From: Rickettsiales bacterium
GTDB lineage: Bacteria > Pseudomonadota > Alphaproteobacteria > Rickettsiales > RGZB01
Length of the DNA stretch: 64,000 nt
Assembly (NCBI GenBank): GCA_044356525.1
Contig: JBIKVZ010000001.1
Coordinates: forward strand, 330,863 to 394,862
Direction of reading: 5' to 3'
This document shows, one piece after another, positions 41,384-48,653 of the stretch. Both the position numbers and the translations under genes were made by a program. Within the stretch, counting starts at the first letter, position 1. Every line of letters starts with the position of its first letter. The notes beneath the pieces were generated by a model. That model ran no database searches and had not been told where the DNA came from. It saw only the letters and a program-made list of their open reading frames with translations.

Positions 41384-41521
41384 TTATTCGCCGGATCCCG
41401 TTGTTGGAGCAGGCTCTTCTGTTGAAGGAGCGGCTTTGCCACCCTCAGATTTATCGCACGCCATCACTGGTGCGCTCAGCAGCATCATTACGGCAAAAAT
41501 TGAAAAAATACGGATCATCAT
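41384..41521 (-). CDS. Small putative lipoprotein, 45 aa (below the ORF-track cut-off)
   Basis: Hand translation: MMIRIFSIFAVMMLLSAPVMACDKSEGGKAAPSTEEPAPTTGSGE. This is a signal peptide plus a lipobox-like VMAC. It fits between the mscL stop and the ileS stop. Confidence 0.4.
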   Translation of the reverse strand: MMIRIFSIFAVMMLLSAPVMACDKSEGGKAAPSTEEPAPTTGSGE

Positions 41522-41558
41522 ATCAGTTGCTCCAGATATCTCGGTTGAAGCGCTTATT

Positions 41559-41972
41559 CTACGCCTTTTTCTTTAATAAATCCCTAATTTCCGCCAGAAG
41601 CTTGATATCTTCGGGTTTTTCGGCCGGAGCGGCAGGTTTTGGGGCCTCGGCACGCTTCAGTTTGTTGATACCCTTTACCATCATGAAAATGGCAAAAGCG
41701 ATGATGGTAAAGTCAAACATCACCTGAATAAACTTGCCGTATGCCAGCACCACGGCGGGGCTTGCGCCTTCGGCCTCTTTCAGCGTGATGACAAATTGGG
41801 TGAAATCCACTCCGCCGATGAGTAAGCCCAGCGGCGGCATAATGATGTCTGCCACCAGCGAGGAAACGATTTTGCCAAACGCGGCGCCAATCACCACACC
41901 CACGGCGAGGTCAATCGCGTTGCCTTTCACTGCAAATTCCCTGAATTCTTTGAGTATGCTCATATTAGCCAT
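41559..41972 (-). CDS. mscL: Large-conductance mechanosensitive channel
   Basis: [33 protein letters not shown] signature. Length is 137 aa. Confidence 0.95.
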   Translation of the reverse strand: MANMSILKEFREFAVKGNAIDLAVGVVIGAAFGKIVSSLVADIIMPPLGLLIGGVDFTQFVITLKEAEGASPAVVLAYGKFIQVMFDFTIIAFAIFMMVKGINKLKRAEAPKPAAPAEKPEDIKLLAEIRDLLKKKA

Positions 41973-42085
41973 CCTTGATGCGGGTTAAAATTAGCGCACC
42001 ATCATTAGCGACCTGTGCATGCTCTGGCAAGTGGGCTTTTTTAGCTCTTTTCGGGCACGGCGGGGCATGCTAGGCTTCGCGCCTT

Positions 42086-42910
42086 ATGAAAAACGCAAAA
42101 CCCATACAAACGCCGCAATTTGCTTCCAGCCATGTCTGGCAGCATCGCCGCCTGATTTTTACGCTGGCAAAGCGTGAAGTTTCCGCGCGTTTCCGTGGCT
42201 CTATCTTAGGCGTATTTTGGGCGCTGCTGCTGCCACTCACCATGCTGGCGATCTACAGCCTCGTGTTCGGGGTTATTTTCAAGGCGCGCTGGGGCGTAGA
42301 AACCGGCGCAAAAGGCGAGTTTGCGATTATTTTATTCACCGGCCTTTTGCTGCACGCGCTGCTGGCTGATTTAATCACCCGCAGCCCACTCCTCATGGTG
42401 CATAACGCCAATTTTGTGAAAAAAGTGGTGTTCCCGCTCGAAATCCTGCCCGTGGTGGCGCTGCTTTCCGGCCTGTTTCAGTTCTGTGTGGGGTTTGCCG
42501 TGCTGCTGGTCGGCGCGGTTTTGGTCTATGGCACGCTGCCGCTCACACTGCTTTTTGCGCCACTTATCGTATGGCCGTTTGCCTGTATTGTGCTGGGCGG
42601 GTGTTGGTTTTTGGCGGCTGTCGGCGTGTACTTCCGCGACATCGCGCAGGTGATGGGCGTGGCCGCCACGCTGCTACTGTTTTTCAGTACGGTATTTTAT
42701 CCCGCCGAACACTTGCCTGCCGCGCTTCAGCCGCTGATTTACCTAAACCCCATCTCGTTTGCGGCAGACCAGTTGCGCCTTGTCACACTGCAGGGTGCGT
42801 GGCCGGATTGGAATGGTTTGGCGCTCTATTACGCGGCGGCGTTTTTCGCGCTGGCTTTTGGGTTTGCCGTGTTCCAGCGTGCGCGGAAAGGATTTGCCGA
42901 TGTCCTCTGA
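42086..42910 (+). CDS. wzm: ABC-2 type polysaccharide exporter permease (Wzm/KpsM/TagG-like)
   Basis: 274-aa ORF with 6 TM helices and an N-terminal KREVSARFRGSILGVFWALL motif typical of ABC-2 glycan exporters. Confidence 0.85.
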   Translation: MKNAKPIQTPQFASSHVWQHRRLIFTLAKREVSARFRGSILGVFWALLLPLTMLAIYSLVFGVIFKARWGVETGAKGEFAIILFTGLLLHALLADLITRSPLLMVHNANFVKKVVFPLEILPVVALLSGLFQFCVGFAVLLVGAVLVYGTLPLTLLFAPLIVWPFACIVLGGCWFLAAVGVYFRDIAQVMGVAATLLLFFSTVFYPAEHLPAALQPLIYLNPISFAADQLRLVTLQGAWPDWNGLALYYAAAFFALAFGFAVFQRARKGFADVL

Positions 42911-44198
42911 TACCGCAATTCGCATCAAAAACCTGTCCAAAACCTACCGGCTCTATGCCCGCCCGCGTGACCGCTTGATTGAACTCGTCACGGGCCGCCA
43001 GTGTTTTGTACCGTTTGCGGCGCTGAACAATGTGTCACTCGATATTAAAAAAGGCGAAACGCTGGGGCTTGTAGGGCATAATGGCTCGGGAAAATCCACC
43101 CTGCTGCAGCTGATTTGCGGCACGCTCACCCACACCAGCGGGCAAATTGAAACACACGGGCGCATCTCCGCGCTCTTAGAGCTTGGCGCAGGTTTTAATC
43201 CCGAATTCACTGGCCATGAAAATATCTTTTTAAACGCTGCGATTTTGGGGCTTACGGACGCTGAAACACGCGAGAAATATGATGCAATCGTTGCCTTTTC
43301 CGGCATTGCTGCGCATCTGCACCAACCGGTAAAAACCTATTCCAGCGGCATGTATGTGCGTTTGGCTTTCGCCATCGCGATTGCCAGCGAGCCGGATATT
43401 CTGATTGTCGACGAAGCACTTTCCGTGGGTGACATTGCGTTTCAGCGCAAATGCTTCTCGCGCATCCGCGAATTGCAGGCCAAAGGCGCCACCGTAGTGT
43501 TTGTGTCGCATTCGGTGAATACGATTTTAGAATTGTGCGACCGCGCGGTGCTGCTCGACCACGGCGAAAAGCTAATAGAAGGTGCGCCTGCTGCTGTGAT
43601 GGCGCAATATCACCGGCTGATGTTCGCGCCGGAAAAAGCGCTGCCTGCCGTGCGGGCGGAAATCCGCGCTGGCCTTGCACAAAACTCTGCCGCGCCATCC
43701 AAACAATCACTCGCCGCGCATTTCGACCCCTCGCTAACGCCCGAAAGCACTGTGTATTATGAGCCAAACGGCGCGGAAATCAGCAACATCTGCATCACTG
43801 ACGCGAAGGGCAATTCGGTAAACCTCTTAAAGCGCGGCAAAACCTATCATTACCGCTACGATGTGCGTTTTACAGAAGCGGCGAAATCCGTTCGTTTCGG
43901 CATGAATATCAAAACAAATACCGGCATGGTGCTGGGCGGCGCCTCCACCCACACGGAAAAAAAGCCGATGGCGGCGATTAAAAAGGGCAAAAAAATCAGC
44001 GTGGATTTCAGCTTCACCTGCCGCTTGTTGCCCGGCGTATACTTTACCAACGCAGGCTGCACCGCAGTGAAAGAGGCTGAGCGCGTGAATCTGCACCGCG
44101 TGCTGGATGCCTGCCTTTTCCGCGTGCTACCCGAGGCAGAAGAAACCGCCACCGGCAAGGTGGATTTTGGCATTACCTCAACCGTGAAAGGCGTGTAA
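42900..44198 (+). CDS. wzt: Polysaccharide ABC exporter ATPase with a C-terminal cargo-binding extension (Wzt/TagH-like)
   Basis: Start taken at ATG 42900 (MSSDTAIRIKNL), which overlaps the wzm stop. Walker A GHNGSGKST, signature YSSGMYVRLAF, Walker B ILIVDEALSVGD. A beta-rich extension of about 180 aa follows the NBD. Confidence 0.88.
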   Translation: MSSDTAIRIKNLSKTYRLYARPRDRLIELVTGRQCFVPFAALNNVSLDIKKGETLGLVGHNGSGKSTLLQLICGTLTHTSGQIETHGRISALLELGAGFNPEFTGHENIFLNAAILGLTDAETREKYDAIVAFSGIAAHLHQPVKTYSSGMYVRLAFAIAIASEPDILIVDEALSVGDIAFQRKCFSRIRELQAKGATVVFVSHSVNTILELCDRAVLLDHGEKLIEGAPAAVMAQYHRLMFAPEKALPAVRAEIRAGLAQNSAAPSKQSLAAHFDPSLTPESTVYYEPNGAEISNICITDAKGNSVNLLKRGKTYHYRYDVRFTEAAKSVRFGMNIKTNTGMVLGGASTHTEKKPMAAIKKGKKISVDFSFTCRLLPGVYFTNAGCTAVKEAERVNLHRVLDACLFRVLPEAEETATGKVDFGITSTVKGV

Positions 44199-44208
44199 AT
44201 CACTTCCC

Positions 44209-44937
44209 ATGCTTCAGTTTTTAGGAATCGGCGCACAAAAAAGCGGCACCACATGGCTTTACGAGAATTTAGCCAAACATCCGCAGGTTTACTTCCCTGG
44301 CGGCAAAGAAGTGCATTTCTTTGACATGTTCTTCACGCGCGGGCTCGATTGGTATCTCTCGCAATTCCCCGATAATACCGATAAAATCAACGGCGAAATC
44401 ACACCTGCTTACGCCATTTTGGAAGAGGCAAAAATCCGCCTGATTCACGACATTAACCCTGAGCTGCGCCTATTTTATATTCTGCGCGACCCACGCGAAC
44501 GCGCATGGAGCGCTGCCAAAATGGAAATGGGTCGCGCCGGAAAAACCTACGGGCAAACCAGCGACGAGTGGTTTATCGACCAGTTTTATTCCGACGCGTC
44601 GCTAAAACGCGGGGATTACCGCACCTGCCTGATGAACTGGCAGAGCGTGTTCCCCAAAGGCCAATTGCTGCTGCTGAAATTCACCGACATCCGCAACAAT
44701 CCGCACGCCCTCATGCAAAAGCTCGCCAAGCATATCGGCATTGATGCGGGTTTTTATGCAGCAGACCGCGCAGAAATCATCACGGGGAAGGTCTTTGCCA
44801 ACCCTGAAGAAATCATCCGCCCCTCTTTAAAGCGCGCGCTACATAAGCTTTATGCGCCGCAGATTGAAGAAATCAACCTCTTCCTCGGCTCTGCGTGGTT
44901 CGATGAGGAAGACCCCGCCTGGGCTTCTTCGCTATGA
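44209..44937 (+). CDS. Sulfotransferase (PAPS-dependent, Sulfotransfer_1/3-like)
   Basis: 5'-PSB loop GAQKSGTTWL and 3'-PB region ILRDPRERAWS. Confidence 0.85.
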   Translation: MLQFLGIGAQKSGTTWLYENLAKHPQVYFPGGKEVHFFDMFFTRGLDWYLSQFPDNTDKINGEITPAYAILEEAKIRLIHDINPELRLFYILRDPRERAWSAAKMEMGRAGKTYGQTSDEWFIDQFYSDASLKRGDYRTCLMNWQSVFPKGQLLLLKFTDIRNNPHALMQKLAKHIGIDAGFYAADRAEIITGKVFANPEEIIRPSLKRALHKLYAPQIEEINLFLGSAWFDEEDPAWASSL

Positions 44938-45683
44938 CGCCGCTTTACTTCCTGCATATTGCCAAAACGGCGGGCACGTCGCTGATTCATTTTCTGGATG
45001 GGCAATTTCCCAAAAACCAGATTGCGCCCTTTTCGCTCACACATGAACTGGCCGCGGCATTGAAGAAGGATGCGGGCTGCCTTGAAAAATATGCGTTGTT
45101 GCACGGGCATTTAGGCTATTCACCCGTCATGATGATGAAAAAAAAACCGCACATCATCACCCTGCTGCGTGAGCCGGTGGCACGCACTTTATCGCATTAC
45201 CGCCATATTTTGCGCCACAAGGACCACTGGCTATTTGCCGATTTGCCGAAAAAAAGCCTTTCGCTGGAAGAATTCCTCGATTACCCGCCCGCACAAAGGC
45301 TTTTCACCAATTTCCAAACGCGCAACCTCGCGCAGGATTTTGACTTCACCAAGCCCATCGCCGAAGCAACCGGAAAAGCACTTCAGCCCAATCTTGGCAG
45401 GCTTTTATCGTTTGTGCGCCCCGCACTTTCAGAAGATAATCTCTTAAACGTGGCCACAGAACGCCTTGTCGCCATGGAGCTTGTGGGCACCACAGAAACA
45501 TTCGACACATTCGTCACCACGCTCTGCAAGCGACGCGGCTGGGTCGCGCCTGCGGCACCACTGCGGCACAACACCGCACCCGAAGAAAGCCTCGACAGAC
45601 TTGCTCCCGCCACGCGGAAAAAAATTGAGGCCTTGACCGCACTGGATAGAGTACTGTACCGTGCCGCCGTTGACGGGGCATAA
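44934..45683 (+). CDS. Sulfotransferase (family-2-like)
   Basis: FLHIAKTAGTSL PAPS-binding loop and LLREPVARTLSHY. It overlaps the previous gene by 4 nt. Confidence 0.8.
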   Translation: MTPLYFLHIAKTAGTSLIHFLDGQFPKNQIAPFSLTHELAAALKKDAGCLEKYALLHGHLGYSPVMMMKKKPHIITLLREPVARTLSHYRHILRHKDHWLFADLPKKSLSLEEFLDYPPAQRLFTNFQTRNLAQDFDFTKPIAEATGKALQPNLGRLLSFVRPALSEDNLLNVATERLVAMELVGTTETFDTFVTTLCKRRGWVAPAAPLRHNTAPEESLDRLAPATRKKIEALTALDRVLYRAAVDGA

Positions 45684-45941
45684 ACCCTTATCTATCCTGT
45701 CACGCCCGTCTGTATCATTTTTACAACAAATATGGAAATTTACAGGCTTTATTTTAAAACATGGTTTGGCCCTGGTTGCACTCCTGCTTGAAAAATGCTT
45801 GATATTGGACGTTTTTTATACTAATCACGCTGTGTGGTTGTATTCAGGTGTTGCGTTTGAAAGTATTTCTGCGTAGCTTCCTGTATTCGGTTGGTTTGGT
45901 TTTTAACTTAAGTTTTGTAACTCTCAAATAAGAGGTTTTAG

Positions 45942-48530
45942 ATGGCTACTTTTAATTTTTCATCTGTTGTTGGCACTTCCGTTGCCTTCGTAACGGGCGA
46001 TGTTCTTAACTTCAACATCGCAAATAACAATCTTGTGCTACCTACGCAGGTTGATGTGTCTGATACGACGGGCGGCGTTCTGGTCGCAACGAATCTTGGT
46101 AACGTGATTCTCACGGGCGTAACACTCGCTCAACTATTCAGCGATAACTTCACCTTCAATGGCCAGGTTGACACGAACGGTCAGATCCTCATCGGTGACG
46201 AAACAAGCAACTCCTCCCTCGATGCCATTGGTAACACGCTCACAGCTTCTGCTGGTGCACGAATCTATGGCCTCGGGGGCGCAGATAACATCACTGGCTC
46301 TGGTGGCGTTGACAAAATCTCCGGTGGCGAGGGTGGTGACACTGTTGCCGCTGCTGCGGGCAACGACGATATCGCTGGCAATAGAGGCAACGATAGCCTC
46401 AACGGTGGCGTTGGTAACGACAACATCCGCGGCGGTCAGGACAATGACACGCTTAATGGCGGCGGCGGTGTTGACTCTATGGACGGCGACCTCGGTAACG
46501 ACAGCCTCGTTTCTACCGATGGTGTGGATAATGCCGTCGCAGACTCTGCGGTTGCATCGGGTGGTGCTGGTAACGACGTGATTGACCTTTCTGCTCTGAA
46601 TGACACGATTGACGGCTCAACCGTAAATGGTGAAGCTGGTACCGACACCCTCACGGGTACGGCTGGTGTCGATATTCTGAATGGTGGTGCTGATAATGAC
46701 ACCATCACGGGTGGCACGGGCGCTAACAATATCAATGGTAACCTCGGCAATGACGTCATCACCGGTGGTGCTGACGCTGCTGAAACGATTCGCGGTGGCG
46801 CGGGTAATGACACCATTTCTACCGGCGGTTCTTCGCTTGGTGGCGATGTCGTACACGGCGATCTGGGTGACGACAACATCACGATTCAGGATGCTGGTAC
46901 GGACCTCGGTGCAACGGTGACCGGTGGAACTGGTGCTGACACCATTACAGCTGCCGCTCTCGACGTTGGTGAGGCAGCAAATATCAACGGCAATCAAGGC
47001 CTGGATGTGATTACGGGCGGTCTTGGTAATGATATCCTCCGTGGTGGTGCTGACAATGACACCGTAACGGGTGGCACGGGCGCCGATACGCTGAATGGTA
47101 ACGAAGGTGACGACTCTGTCGTGAGCGGGGCTGGTACGCTTGGTGCAACGATTGACGGTGGTGAAGGTAACGACACGCTGGCTGGTGGTGCATCTACGAC
47201 TGCAACGGGCGACAACAGCATCGTAGGTGGTGCGGGCAATGACGTTATCACGAACGCTTCCACGGCTGGTACGAGCACGATTAACGGTGGCGATGGCGAT
47301 GATTCAGCTGTGCAGACCGGTGCTGGCGCAGCAGTCATCGAGGGTGGTGCTGGTAACGACACACTCACGGGCGGTGCGGGTGCTGATACGCTGACCGGCG
47401 GTATAGGCGACGATACGCTTAGTGGCCTGAACGGTGGCGACATCATCACTGCTGGCGACGGTGCAGACAGCATCTTGTCTGGTACGGGTGCAGACACCAT
47501 CGTATCTGATGCTGGTAACGACACCATCTCCCTCTCCACAGGCAACGACAACGTTGATGCTGGTGCAGGTGATGACAGAATCAGCTTTGCTGATGCTAGC
47601 TTTACCCTTGCCGACTCGCTGGCTGGCGGTGCTGGGACCGACACGATCGTATTTACCGATGCTGCGACAGCCCTCACGGGTCGCCTCGTTTCCACGGTAA
47701 GTGTTGAGGTGGTTGACTTGACCGCCTCAAACGGTGTTCTGGGTGTTATTGCTGCTGACTTCGTAGCAGCTTCCGACACGGCTGACACCGATGGTTCTGG
47801 TAGCTCCGTCCTGTTATCTGCTGGCACACGTACCCTCTCTATGGATACGTCTGGTGTGGCTGCAGGTAACACGGTGGTTGTAAGCACAACGGGTGCAGTG
47901 ACCCTATCTGCCAACGCAGATCGCATCCGTTTGGCGGATGGTGTGAACGCTAACGTTACGGCTGGTACTGGTAGCGACACGGTTGAAGGCGGCACGGGTG
48001 CCGATACCATAACCGGCGGTGCAGGCGACAACTTACTTACTGGTGGCGCAGGCAATGACAGCTTGGTAGCTGCTGGCGGTCTTGACACGCTCACGGGTGG
48101 TGCAGGTGCGGATACGTTCCAGTTTACTGTCGTGTCCACGCTAGCGGGTGCCCCGACCTTCACTGACCTATCTGTAATCACTGACTTCAACGCTGGAGCA
48201 GGTGATGTGATTAGGACGACTGGTCTGGTTGGTGCGGCAGAACTGACGGCAGGTGGTGCAACAGTCGTTGCTTCCGGCTTGGCCTCCACGGCCCTGACGG
48301 ACACAGGGATTAACAACCTGTTTAACAGTGTGTCGGGAACCCTGACCTCCTACCGCTTCGATGCAGGCGCTAACAACGCTGACGTTGTTTTCTTCAGCAC
48401 GACGGACAACAAGACATTCCTTATTATTGACTTGGCCGATAACGGTACCTTCACTGTTGCTGACCAAATTTTGGAAGTCACGGGCTTAAACCTCACGGGC
48501 TTTGCCGTTGCTACGGACATTATTGCTTAA
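45942..48530 (+). CDS. RTX (hemolysin-type Ca-binding repeat) protein, candidate T1SS substrate / S-layer-like protein
   Basis: 862 aa with dozens of GGxGxDxUx nonapeptides. No Cys and no N-terminal signal peptide. The C-terminal ITDF...D...I module is typical of T1SS targets. AAGAGG lies 7 nt before the ATG. Confidence 0.9.
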   Translation: MATFNFSSVVGTSVAFVTGDVLNFNIANNNLVLPTQVDVSDTTGGVLVATNLGNVILTGVTLAQLFSDNFTFNGQVDTNGQILIGDETSNSSLDAIGNTLTASAGARIYGLGGADNITGSGGVDKISGGEGGDTVAAAAGNDDIAGNRGNDSLNGGVGNDNIRGGQDNDTLNGGGGVDSMDGDLGNDSLVSTDGVDNAVADSAVASGGAGNDVIDLSALNDTIDGSTVNGEAGTDTLTGTAGVDILNGGADNDTITGGTGANNINGNLGNDVITGGADAAETIRGGAGNDTISTGGSSLGGDVVHGDLGDDNITIQDAGTDLGATVTGGTGADTITAAALDVGEAANINGNQGLDVITGGLGNDILRGGADNDTVTGGTGADTLNGNEGDDSVVSGAGTLGATIDGGEGNDTLAGGASTTATGDNSIVGGAGNDVITNASTAGTSTINGGDGDDSAVQTGAGAAVIEGGAGNDTLTGGAGADTLTGGIGDDTLSGLNGGDIITAGDGADSILSGTGADTIVSDAGNDTISLSTGNDNVDAGAGDDRISFADASFTLADSLAGGAGTDTIVFTDAATALTGRLVSTVSVEVVDLTASNGVLGVIAADFVAASDTADTDGSGSSVLLSAGTRTLSMDTSGVAAGNTVVVSTTGAVTLSANADRIRLADGVNANVTAGTGSDTVEGGTGADTITGGAGDNLLTGGAGNDSLVAAGGLDTLTGGAGADTFQFTVVSTLAGAPTFTDLSVITDFNAGAGDVIRTTGLVGAAELTAGGATVVASGLASTALTDTGINNLFNSVSGTLTSYRFDAGANNADVVFFSTTDNKTFLIIDLADNGTFTVADQILEVTGLNLTGFAVATDIIA
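46266..47577 (+). repeat. Main RTX nonapeptide repeat block (27-bp periodicity) of RTX1, with a second short block near 47960-48125
   Basis: Runs such as GGADNITGSGGVDKISGGEGGDTV... read directly from the translation. Confidence 0.9.
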
Positions 48531-48556
48531 CCGATAATTCCAAAGCTAAAAGAATT

Positions 48557-48589
48557 GGGGCGCTCCTTAACGGGGCGCCCTTTTTCTTT
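48557..48589 (+). terminator. Strong rho-independent terminator after RTX1
   Basis: GGGCGCTCC-ttaac-GGGGCGCCC hairpin (9 bp, one G-U pair), immediately followed by TTTTTCTTT. Confidence 0.85.
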
Positions 48590-48653
48590 ACCGCGCCTCG
48601 CTTTCGCGCTACACTGTGCACACACATAAAACCTTTCTTCTGCATAGGCGCCC

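Noticed and set aside
42759-42899. Upstream extension of the wzt ORF (the track start at 42759 gives 479 aa)
   Set aside because: The extension lies wholly inside the wzm coding region and reads as R/C-rich junk. ATG 42900 gives the canonical ABC ATPase N-terminus and a 4-codon overlap with wzm.
45697-45716. Pho-box-like direct repeat CTGTCAC-n6-CTGTATC upstream of RTX1
   Set aside because: The half-site spacing is 13 bp start to start rather than the canonical 11 bp, and the second half-site is imperfect. It also sits about 230 bp from the ATG. The evidence is too weak to call, although it is tempting given that phoR lies downstream of RTX2.
46266-47577. Highly periodic DNA repeats that could be mistaken for a CRISPR or VNTR array
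   Set aside because: The periodicity is 27 bp and in-frame, encoding RTX nonapeptides within a continuous ORF. There is no repeat-spacer structure and there are no cas genes.
46994-48316. 440-aa minus-strand ORF, with similar ones at 46436-46882, 48680-49633 and 49679-50392, running antisense to the RTX genes
   Set aside because: These are shadow ORFs. The reverse complement of GGN-GAY-rich repeat codons yields stop-free P/S/A/V-rich frames. They have no RBS and only low-complexity sequence, while the sense strand carries unmistakable RTX nonapeptides.
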